Assembly (NCBI GenBank): GCA_963716725.1
Contig: CAVQUB010000016.1
Coordinates: forward strand, 1-16,298
Reading direction: 5' to 3'
Length of the DNA stretch: 16,298 bases
From: an uncultured delta proteobacterium
GTDB lineage: Bacteria > Myxococcota_A > Polyangia > Polyangiales > Polyangiaceae
Positions 1 through 13,575 of the stretch are shown here, one piece after another; positions within the stretch are counted from its first letter, which is position 1, and each line of letters opens with the position of its first letter. Under the pieces are notes generated by a model. That model was not told the origin of the DNA. It searched no databases and was given only the letters and a program-made list of their open reading frames with translations. A program made the translations under genes and the position numbers.

Positions 1-66
1 GCCATCGTTCTCGAGAAGTTGGATGACGTCGCGGATCTTCGTCGCGTGAATTTCTTCGCCGAATAA
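1..66 (+). CDS. 3' end of an upstream CDS (product unknown, partial)
   Basis: Frame 1 reads AIVLEKLDDVADLRRVNFFAE and ends in tandem TAA TGA stops. It is too short to assign a family. Confidence 0.45.
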   Translation, partial: AIVLEKLDDVADLRRVNFFAE

Positions 67-73
67 TGAGCAG

Positions 74-145
74 CCTCACGAAGATGGAGGGACCCGCGCC
101 CGATCCTGATCACGTTTCGTGAGGGGCAGAGAAAAAGCCCCCTCA
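74..145. repeat. Cluster of inverted repeats, possible transposon end and/or terminator
   Basis: CCTCACGAA (74-82) is inverted at TTCGTGAGG (116-124). TGAGGGGC (120-127) and GCCCCCTCA (137-145) form a hairpin with one bulge. GATCACGTTTCGTG (108-121) recurs at 796-809 with 13/14 identity. Confidence 0.45.
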
Positions 146-209
146 GAAAACTTGCGAGAAGCTCTCCGAGAGGGCTGCCTCCGGGTTGCTAAGGCTCGGA
201 GGTGATGGA

Positions 210-830
210 ATGTGGCATGGGGTCAGGCTTTTCGGGGAGTTCTTCGCGGAGTTGGCGGAGGCGGACGAGAAGATCGCCAGGCAGGTGGCGGCGGCGTGGC
301 TGCCGGTACTGCGGCGGTCCGCTGCACCAGGGCAACTACCGCCGCAAAGCCGCGGGGCGCCGAGATCGCCGGGGCGGGCGAGGCCTTCAAGCTCCGGCAC
401 TCGCTGTGCTGCGGCCGGCGGGGTTGCCGGCGCCGAGCGCTGCCGCCGTCGCTGCGGTTCCTCGGGCGGCGGGTGTACCTCGAGGCGGTGGTGTTGATCG
501 CGACGGCCATCACGCTGGTGATGCGCGGCAGCTCGAGGACGTGTAGCGGTCGAGACCGGCGTCCCGGTGCGCACGCTGCGGCGCTGGCAGACCTGGTGGA
601 CCACCAGCTTTCCGCGACTTCCGACCTGGACGGTCCTGCGAGCGCGCTTCGCGCCCCCGCCGCCGGAGGAGAAGGAGCTACCGAAGTCGTTGCTCGATCG
701 TTTCGCCGCCTCGTTGCCGGACGCGACGGCGAGCGATGTGCTGGCGCTCGTGGCGCGCTCGCTGGCGCCGCTGACGACCGGGTCGGTGCCCGACGGATCA
801 CGTTTTGTGTACGCCGCGCTCGGCCGCTGA
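210..830 (+). CDS. Cys-rich (putative Zn-binding) accessory protein of DDE-integrase/transposase elements; about 3 frameshifts
   Basis: GGAGGTG RBS at 198-204 and ATG at 210. Stitching frames gives MWHGVRLFGEFFAELAEADEKIARQVAAA / GCRYCGGPLHQGNYRRK / PRG...SLCCGRRGCRRRALPPSLRFLGRRVYLEAVVL / RTLRRWQTWW...LPKSLLDRF. This matches, from memory, the conserved hypothetical protein found upstream of DDE transposase plus AAA ATPase pairs. Confidence 0.65.
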
Positions 831-935
831 CTTCACGCAAGAGATGGTGCTTCGCCTGGTTTTGTCCGACCCGTAGCGTCGTCGGTGTCGAAGGCGCCAC
901 CGCTGATCGAGGCGGCGCGAGACGGCAGGACGGCC

Positions 936-980
936 ATGACTGACGAGACATCCCCATCGACGCGCGTGCGCTGGGCGCGG
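936..980 (+). pseudogene. N-terminal 15 codons of a probable DDE transposase (MTDETSPSTRVRWAR), truncated
   Basis: An AGGA RBS precedes ATG 936. The position after the Cys-rich gene and the RWAR motif fit my recollection of these transposases' N-termini. The sequence turns into an unrelated coiled-coil frame at about 981. Confidence 0.4.
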
Positions 981-981
981 G

Positions 982-1440
982 AACGCTCGCATCGCCGAGG
1001 AGCTGGCAGGAGCGAAGCTGAAGCTCAAGCAACTGGGCGACGAGCAGCAGAAGCTCAGCCAGCAGAACAGCGACCTTCAGCTGTCACTCGACCGCGAGAA
1101 GCGGTCCCGCGCGACCGCGGAGTCCGAGAAGCGCGCGACCGAAGTGCGTGAAGCCGAGCTGGCTCGCCAGGTGAGCGCCCTCAAGACCGAGCGCTCCACG
1201 TTGACGGTCGACCTCGACGCGACCCGTCGCCAGGTTGCTGTCGTGCAGGCGGCCCACTCAAAGGCTGCAGAGACCGCGAACCGGAACTACGCTGTGGCGA
1301 AGGACCTCGAGCAGAAGCTCTCCACCGCGAAGGGCGTCGCTACGGTCACGGGGCTCTTCGGCTTGGCCATGGTCGTCGGGAATGTCCTCAGCGACGACAG
1401 CCCGGCGCCCCGAGGCGGCAAACGTCGTCGCCGCGCGTGA
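982..1440 (+). pseudogene. 5'-truncated coiled-coil protein with C-terminal hydrophobic (TM-like) segment and basic tail
   Basis: Frame 1 is open from 940 to 1440. It reads NARIAEELAGAKLKLKQLGDEQQKLSQQNSDLQLSLDREK...GVATVTGLFGLAMVVGNVL...GGKRRRRA, with heptad-like content starting well upstream of the GTG at 1144 and no proper start there. Confidence 0.55.
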
Positions 1441-1534
1441 ACCCGATCACGGGCGGCCATCACTTGCCATTCCGCGCCGGTAGGCGGATGCAAAGTCCTG
1501 ATACCGGTATATTTCGGCAAGTGGCAGGCTAATC

Positions 1535-2017
1535 GTGGACGCGAGCATGCTCATCTGGACCGGGCCCTTTCGGATTACCGCGCTGCTGGCTGCCTGCCTC
1601 GACGACGATCAGCCATGGCCACCAGCATCACGCGGTGTGTACGTCGTCTCTCGCGATGAGTGGCAGGGAACGCCAAGCCCCTCCTGCCATCCTCTCTACT
1701 TCGGCGGGAACACCGGCGACTCCCAGCGCTTCTGCACTCGCATCGGGGATCTCATCGCGGACGTCCACGGGCTCTGGGATGGCGGCACGGGCCATCACAG
1801 CGGCGGCCAGTCGCTCTACTCTTGGTGCCGGACGAACAAGGTGCATCCCGGCAGCCTCTTCATCGGCTGGGCGACGCGCGCGCCGTGGTGCGATCGATGC
1901 GCCGAGGTCGAACTCGTGAGCCTGCTCGCTGCCTCGTGGGATGATCGCGGCGCACTGCTCAACAAGTCGAGACCGCCGGCCTGTCGGACGCATGGCTCCG
2001 AAGGAGGTCGCCAGTGA
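1535..2017 (+). CDS. GIY-YIG-like nuclease with extra Cys/His residues
   Basis: Intact 160 aa ORF with PPASRGVYVV ... PLYFGG ... RFCTRI ... AEVEL ... LLNK, the GIY/YIG/R/E/N order of GIY-YIG nucleases. An alternative ATG lies at 1547. Confidence 0.65.
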   Translation: MDASMLIWTGPFRITALLAACLDDDQPWPPASRGVYVVSRDEWQGTPSPSCHPLYFGGNTGDSQRFCTRIGDLIADVHGLWDGGTGHHSGGQSLYSWCRTNKVHPGSLFIGWATRAPWCDRCAEVELVSLLAASWDDRGALLNKSRPPACRTHGSEGGRQ

Positions 2018-3129
2018 AGAAGCTCAGCGTCTATCTGGACCAGAACGCACTCAGCTCACTCGCCACCGACACCGAGTGGTCGAAGACCGAACTCGGCGAA
2101 GCGCTGCACTCACCTGCCGTCGACGTGTTTGTCAGCCCCGTGCACGTCCTCGAGACGATGCAGGCGGAGGAGGCCGTCCGGACGGCGCTGGCGAAGGTGA
2201 TGTTAGCGCTGTGCGCGGGTCGCCGCATGTGCCCGTCTTACGAGTTCATCGTCGCCGACTACTTTCTCCGCGCGGTCGAAGCCGCGGACGGCTCCGCGAT
2301 CGCGACCCGAGAACACCTCGATTACCACAAGGACACGAACACGAGGATCTACCTCGGGGCGCTCGCGATCCTCGCGCAGCGCCTGCCGGTGTCTCCGTCC
2401 GCCGTGGACGACGTGCGAAGGGCGAAGCTCGTCAACCAGGTGCTTCACACACGTGCTGCGGCCGCCCCCAAGGAATGGCTTACTGCTCTGCTCGACTGCA
2501 CCACCAAGATGCTCGTGACCACCGGAGATCCCTTGGCTCCGCTCGACACGTTGGCCGTCGATGAATTGCGGGCGGTGATCACCAAGAGCGGTGCCGACCC
2601 CTCCGGGCTCGATGCCGAGGTACGCCGAAAACTGCAGCAGCACCGCGCCGCGATCGCGGCGGCCTACGGCGCCGTCGAGATCGGCGCGTGCCTCGACGCC
2701 GCGCTTCCACTCTCGGGGGAGCTGGAAGGGGCCTTCGACGCGACCGGGGTCGCGAAGGCGCTGCGGGCGTGGGGGATTTCGCAGGAGCTGCCAACACCAC
2801 CCACGTCCCTGCCGGCGCTTCGAGCCTTGGTGCAGCGGGCGATCTTCGCGTGTGCGAAGAACGGGATCCTACCCGCGTCGATCTCCAACGAGGTCGTTCT
2901 TCGGGAAGTTGAGAACGCCGCCAGCGCGAAGGAGACGCCAAACTCCGGTGTCGTCTTCGATGCCGATCACGCCGTGTATCTCTGTCACATGAACGTGTTC
3001 GTGACGGACGACGAGGGTCTTCGCAACGCACTTCGGCCGATCGCTCGACGCGTGTCGTCGGCAGAACGGCCCGTCGAGGTGTGCGCGAGCAAGGACTTTG
3101 CGAAGCTCGCCGACAAGCTCTCGCGGTAG
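2014..3129 (+). CDS. PIN-like domain protein with large helical insertion (putative RNase)
   Basis: Intact 371 aa ORF with a GTGA overlap on the upstream gene. N-terminal VYLDQN...VSPVHVLE and C-terminal FDADHAVY...VFVTDD supply the acidic-residue pattern of PIN domains. Confidence 0.6.
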   Translation: MKKLSVYLDQNALSSLATDTEWSKTELGEALHSPAVDVFVSPVHVLETMQAEEAVRTALAKVMLALCAGRRMCPSYEFIVADYFLRAVEAADGSAIATREHLDYHKDTNTRIYLGALAILAQRLPVSPSAVDDVRRAKLVNQVLHTRAAAAPKEWLTALLDCTTKMLVTTGDPLAPLDTLAVDELRAVITKSGADPSGLDAEVRRKLQQHRAAIAAAYGAVEIGACLDAALPLSGELEGAFDATGVAKALRAWGISQELPTPPTSLPALRALVQRAIFACAKNGILPASISNEVVLREVENAASAKETPNSGVVFDADHAVYLCHMNVFVTDDEGLRNALRPIARRVSSAERPVEVCASKDFAKLADKLSR

Positions 3130-3143
3130 CCCGGGCGCCCTGG

Positions 3144-3606
3144 CTACTGCACCAGCTCGAAGAAGTCGTAGGTGAGCGTGACCGACTCGATGACGTTCTC
3201 GTCGGCTCTCGTTGTCCCAGTCGCCGGCGACGAACTTCACGGGCCAGGCGCGGGAGAGCGACCAGCGGCGCAGGGTGGTGCCGTCGCGGTCCTGCTGCAC
3301 GATGTCGAGGTTGCGCTTGTAGTTCACGTCGGTGAGGCCGAGGCCGCTCGAGGTGATGGCGACGTCCTGGAACCAGTCGAAGAGGTCGCGGTCCTGGGTG
3401 GCGCCGCGCTCGAGGGTCACGTCGGCGAACGTGAGCCGGCCGGGGCTCTTGTTCGGGATGAGCGAGCCGCCCTCGAAGTACTGGACGTTCGCGACCTCGA
3501 CCGAGAGCTCGCTGCACTTCTGGAAGCCAGCGTGGCCGACGTCGTCGATCTCGACGATGAACTTGAACTTCTTGTGGAAGCTGCGCGGGTTGCCGATGAC
3601 GGTCAT
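3144..3606 (-). CDS. Contractile tail tube protein (T4 gp19 / Afp1-like family); one frameshift near 3205
   Basis: [37 protein letters not shown]...VTLERG...LFDWF...[13 protein letters not shown]; after removing one base it continues ...[27 protein letters not shown] (3146-3144). AGGAG RBS at 3618-3614. Confidence 0.9.
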
Positions 3607-3620
3607 GGGTTAGCTCCTCG

Positions 3621-4363
<743 letters not shown>

Positions 4364-4366
<3 letters not shown>

Positions 4367-4733
4367 CCGCCGAGATCGCGACGCTCTCGACGGAGGCCAG
4401 GCGCATCGTCGACACGATGGCCGGCATGACCGGTACGGCACGGCAAGCTCGTCGATGAGCGACTCCAGCAGGTCGGCGACCAGCTCGCACGCTGCGAAGG
4501 CCAGCTCGCCGCCGCGGAGCGCGAGCTCGCGAACCTCGACGCGCTCGAGGTCGAGGTCGGCATGGGTCGCGCGCTGCCTCGCCGACTTCGCCGGCGTCTG
4601 GGACGTGCTCACGCCGGAGAACCGTGGCCGGCTCCTGCGCGCCGTCGTCCAGCGCGTCGAGGTGGACGAGCCCGCCAACCAGGTCAGCGGTCTCCTCGCG
4701 GACCTCGGCGCAGACGTGCCCGCCGAAGCGTGA
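4364..4733 (+). pseudogene. C-terminal coiled-coil/tail fragment of a large serine recombinase
   Basis: Stitched frames read [18 protein letters not shown]...[32 protein letters not shown]...[36 protein letters not shown]. The W..LT.....LLR..V.RVEV pattern is typical of large serine recombinase C-termini. The catalytic domain is absent. Confidence 0.7.
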
Positions 4734-4764
4734 GCCCGCAGCCCGCGCAGCAGGAGGTGTCGTC

Positions 4765-5176
4765 GTGACGAACCAGACGAGCAGCAGCACGTGCCCGCGC
4801 CCGGCCCGCGGGTGGTCACCGGCGCAGCTTCACCGCGTGCAGCGTGGCCACGGGAAGCGCTTCGTCCAAGAGCCGCCGCCCGGGCCCGTGCACCGCCCCG
4901 CGCGCGTCGCCGTCATGCTCGCGCTCGCCCACAAGATCCAGGACGCCATCGACCGCGGCACCGTGCGCGACCGCGCCGAGGTGGCCAGGAGGCTCGGCTT
5001 CACGCGGGCGCGCATCACGCACCTGCTCGACCTGCACCTTGCTGGCGCCCGACCTCCAGGAGCGGATCCTCGGCCTCGAGGCGGTCGACGGCGTCGAGCC
5101 CATGAGCGAGCGGGCGCTGCGGGCGGTGGCGCACGCCGGGAGCTGGGTGGAGCAGCGGGCGCAGTTCCCGCGCTGA
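4765..5176 (+). CDS. Small HTH-like protein typically encoded downstream of large serine recombinases; frameshifted
   Basis: AGGAGGT RBS and GTG at 4765. It reads ...[47 protein letters not shown] / [13 protein letters not shown]..., an HTH followed by the LAPD.QE.IL signature. Confidence 0.7.
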
Positions 5177-5236
5177 TGAGCGCGGCTCGGCGAACGAATC
5201 GTTGCGAGGCCGTCAGCCGGACTGGTGTACGCTGGC

Positions 5237-5263
5237 GTCGGCTGGCAACGACTGCCAACCGAC
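5237..5263. promoter_or_regulatory. Inverted repeat, candidate operator of the HTH-hsd operon
   Basis: GTCGGCTGGCA-acgac-TGCCAACCGAC has 11-bp arms with one mismatch. It lies just after a TACGCT -10-like hexamer (5228-5233) and 22 nt before ATG 5286. Confidence 0.5.
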
Positions 5264-5285
5264 TACCCAGGTGGAGCCTGGTCCC

Positions 5286-5482
5286 ATGCCGGACGAGATT
5301 CTCACACTGCCCGAGGTCGCCACAGTTGCTGAAGGTCGCGGAGAAGACCGTCTACACGATGGCCCAGAAGGGCGAGCTCCCGGCATTCAAGGTTCGCGGG
5401 CAGTGGCGCTTCAAGCGCGACGACATCGACGCGTGGATCGAGCGGCAGAAGGCGGCGGCTGCTCGAGACGACGAGGGGCGCG

Positions 5483-5496
<14 letters not shown>
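5286..5496 (+). CDS. Excisionase-like HTH_17 DNA-binding protein; one frameshift near 5320
   Basis: [12 protein letters not shown] / [40 protein letters not shown] is the classic HTH_17/Xis-like pattern. It overlaps the hsdM start. Confidence 0.85.
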
Positions 5497-7123
<1,627 letters not shown>

Positions 7124-7134
<11 letters not shown>

Positions 7135-8418
7135 GGACTGGATTGCCTGCACGGTCGGCGACGCTCGCGGTCCGGCGGAATGCCGCTCGTGGACGGCGAC
7201 CACGGCTCAGACCTCCGCGAGTCGCGACTTCGTGCACGTGTGGGCGTCCCGTTCATTCGCGCGACCAACATGGGCCACGGTCGATGCGGTGGACGGAGCG
7301 TTCACGTTTGTTTCGCCCGAGAAGGCATACTCGCTTTCAGCAAGACTTGGCAAGACCAGGTGACGTGCTGCTTCACGCACGCGGCACGGTGGGCCAGGTC
7401 GCGCTGGTCGCCGGACAAGGGCTGTCGACCTGCGTCTATCTGATCCCACAGACGCCTCAGATGAACGCTAACGTGTCGATCCGACGCAACAGCTTGCGCC
7501 AGTTCCGTCTACCTACGCGCTTCACGAGCGCTGAGCAGTCAGGCCTACATTCGGCAGACGCCATCCAGACAGGGGTTCACACGCCAACCTCGGAATCTTG
7601 CGGGGCTACGCCTGGTCGTGCTGTCCCCGCTCGACCCGGAACAACGCGCCATCGCCCACATCCTCGGCACCCTCGACGACAAGATCGAGCTGAACCGCCG
7701 GATGAACGAGACGCTCGAGGCCATGGCGCGAGCGCTCTTCAAGTCCTGGTTCGTCGACTTCGACCCCGTCCGCGCCAAGGCGGAAGGCCGCGCGCCGACC
7801 GGGATGGACGCGGAGACGGCGAAGCTGTTTCCGCGCGAGTTCGTCGAGTCGGAGTTGGGCCCGATTCCGAAGGGCTGGCGAGTTGAGAAGCTCGGCGCCG
7901 TTCTGGAGCTCAAGCGTGGTTACGACTTGCCCGCTGCTCAGCGGCAAGCCGGAACGGTTCCCATTGTCTCATCGTCAGGCCCGTCCGGGTTGCATAGTGA
8001 AGCCAAGGCGTCCGCCCCCGGGATCGTGACAGGGCGATACGGCACGATCGGGCTGGTGTTCTACGTACGCGAGGATTTCTGGCCGCTCAACACGACACTC
8101 TACGTTCGAGATTTCAAAGGCACGGACGCCCTCTACGCTTACCATCTGCTGCGCCTCATCGATTTCAGGAAGTTCTCCGACAAGGCTGCCGTTCCGGGCG
8201 TCAACCGGAATCACCTTCACGAGGAAGCGGTTGTTGCGCCGCCGCTGGCAGTGCAGCAACGGTTCACCAGCCTCGCTAGCGCCTGGCTCGATTTGGCGGC
8301 GCAGTCGACCGACCAGACGCGTGTCCTCACGAGCATGCGGGATGCGTTGCTTCCTCGCCTTCTCTCCGGCGAGCTGTCCGTTGCGAGCATCGAGCGCGCG
8401 GTGGAGGACGTGGCATGA
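7124..8418 (+). CDS. hsdS: Type I restriction-modification specificity subunit; first TRD heavily frameshifted
   Basis: ATG 7124 overlaps the hsdM end. TRD1 fragments are [10 protein letters not shown] and [18 protein letters not shown]. The central conserved region is [41 protein letters not shown], and the C-terminus is [13 protein letters not shown]. Confidence 0.92.
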
Positions 8419-9925
8419 GCACCGGATGGGAGACGCGTCTTGGCATCCTTCGGCAGGACGCCGAGACCAAGCTGCTCAGTCCGCTGCATACGCATGGCTG
8501 GACGGCGACGGTCGAGAGCGAGGTCGAGAACGGCGAGTACCTCATCATCGCGGCGGAGCGGGCCGGGCATACCCATCGTGTCGCGCTCATGTACTCGTCC
8601 GCGACGGCGAACACCGTGTACAAGTCGCTCGCCCCGAAGGTCGAGCAAATCTTCATCAAGGGCGAGCTCTACAAGCTCGAGTCCTATGCGTACGGGATCG
8701 ATACTCCGGTCACCACGGCGGACGAATTCCACGGACTGCTCGTCCGCTGGAACAACGAGAGCTCTACGGGAAAGTTCGCACCGAGTGCAGCATCGACTCC
8801 GATTGCGGCGCAACCTCCTAAGCATCGCACTCTCCTGGCTGAGGCGCCCATCGATGCGCTCTGGCTTCGGTTGCGGCAGCTCACCAGTGTCTCGCTCGCC
8901 CGCAAGCTCGTGCAGTCGCGCGCCGAGAACGACGGCGTCACCCTCACCGCAGAGGTCGTTCAGTCGAAGGCTGAAGGGCTGGCGTTCTCTCTCAGGAATG
9001 CTGGCGACTACTTCAGGATGCGCGATGATCAGAACGTCAGTCAGCGCGTCTTGAGCCTGTACTACGGCAGCATGTCCTTCGCGTTTGCCGAGATGCTTGC
9101 TGATCCCAAGGGCCCCGCAACCCTGGCGGACATCGAGGACGGTACGAAACAGGGACACGGACTCTGTACGCTCGATGGCGAGCGCGACGGGCTTGAGCGC
9201 GTGGTGGTCAGCACCGTCGCGACCGGCTTTTTCGCGAGCTGGATGAAATTCCTAGGCATCCCGACCGATGCATTCCCGAGCAAGAAGCCGAAGGTCTACG
9301 CGGACCTCGCGAAGCAGCCGAAGGCAACCTGGCTCACGGTCGAGGAGCTGTTCGCGCGGATTCCGGAGGTCTCCGATCTCTTCCTGGACATCTTCTCGAG
9401 CAAGCCCGCATGGCTGACGCCGACCTACGACAGTTCCGCGAATCCTTCGGCGTCGCTCTTCAAGAAGCAGGAGCGCCCCACTACCACGTACGCAGTCTTG
9501 GTCGACGACTCCGCGAGGCTCACCGCTGAAGACATCGCGGCTTTTCCGGGCCCGCTCAGTCAGATCGCGGAGGTCGCTTCCTCAGACCCGGGCCGGCACT
9601 TCCGAGTTGCCGTTGACGTCACCGGCAGAGACATCTGGTGGGATGCGCTTCCGATCCATCGCAGCCCATTCGAACGCACCGCGCTCATCGTTCCTGTCTT
9701 CGGTGTCGTGGGCGAGTATCGCGCCATCTGCGTTGCGCTCCTCTACGCGCTCTCTATCGTGGTGCGCTACCGCCCCAGCGTCTGGAGGCGGGTGCAGGAG
9801 GGAGACCTTGATCACCTGCGTGTGCTGATCGAGGCCTATCTCGCGGTGGTCGAGCGAGTCCTGCCAGAGCAGTTCTTGGAGCACATCGCCGCGCAGCGTG
9901 TCTTCGCCAAACAGCCGGGGTCGTT

Positions 9926-9932
<7 letters not shown>
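8415..9932 (+). CDS. YaaC-like protein with an additional N-terminal domain, inserted between hsdS and hsdR
   Basis: Intact 505 aa ORF with an ATGA overlap on hsdS and a 7-nt overlap on hsdR. Motifs NAGDYF...LSLYYGSMSFAFA...GHGL and LLYALSIVVRYRPSVW match the YaaC-like family pattern as I recall it. Confidence 0.72.
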
Positions 9933-13035
<3,103 letters not shown>

Positions 13036-13039
<4 letters not shown>

Positions 13040-13344
13040 CCTCTGCGACGGCGCTCGCCTCAACGATCCACTACAAGGGGCAGACGGGAAGTGCCTGCTG
13101 GGAAGGGAGACACGTTGCCGACGCGAAGACGTTCGCGGGCTTCGTGCGCGACGTGGTGCGTCCTCGCGTTGCCGATGGATCTTCTTCGTTCGAGCCGGAC
13201 CTGCGCGGGCTCGCGACCACTGGAATGGCGACGGAGTTCGTGGAACGCCTGCTCAAGGCCGTGCCCGAGCCTGAGGGCTGGGAGGTCGGCGAGGCCCTGG
13301 CAGAGTGCGCCCTCGAGAAGGATTCGGGCCGCGAGGTCCACTGG
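13036..13344 (+). pseudogene. N-terminal part of a putative PD-(D/E)XK nuclease (HamA/DUF1837-like), truncated by the IS
   Basis: ATGA overlap with hsdR. It reads ...WEVGEALAECALEKDSGREVHW, where GE.LAE resembles the first helix motif of HamA-like nucleases. Coding character ends at the oriIS-like site; the rest of ORF 13036-13461 is translated IS-end repeat. Confidence 0.5.
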
Positions 13345-13366
13345 GCGCACAGGGAAATCGAACTGC
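13345..13366 (-). mobile_element. oriIS-like end of the IS91/ISCR element
   Basis: The minus strand reads GCAGTTCGATTTCCCTGTGCGC, matching 11/17 positions of the ISCR oriIS core as I recall it (GTTTGAACTTCCTATAC). It lies about 230 bp downstream of the transposase stop and exactly at the gene breakpoint. Confidence 0.6.
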
Positions 13367-13436
13367 CAAATCCATGCGGTCCAGGGATAGCGCGACAGCA
13401 GCCAAATCCATGCGGTCCAGGGATAGCGCGACAGCA
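13365..13436. repeat. Perfect 36-bp tandem duplication
   Basis: GCCAAATCCATGCGGTCCAGGGATAGCGCGACAGCA occurs at 13365-13400 and 13401-13436 with no spacer. Confidence 0.97.
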
Positions 13437-13575
13437 AGGACCGGGCGGGCAGGCAAGATAGAGTTCGCTCGACGCACGTTCTCCCCGTGAACCCCTCACC
13501 AGCCCGGTTGCTCCGTGCCCTTCCCGAAGCCGCACACAAAGCTCCGCCCACGCGGAGGAGTCGGTCCGCGCTCCG

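Noticed and set aside
5202..5233. TTGCGA/TACGCT as a complete sigma70 promoter
   Set aside because: The spacer is 20 nt, which is too long. Only the -10-like hexamer is retained as weak evidence.
13365..13436. 36-bp repeat as a CRISPR array
   Set aside because: The length is CRISPR-like, but there are only two directly adjacent copies, no spacer and no cas genes.
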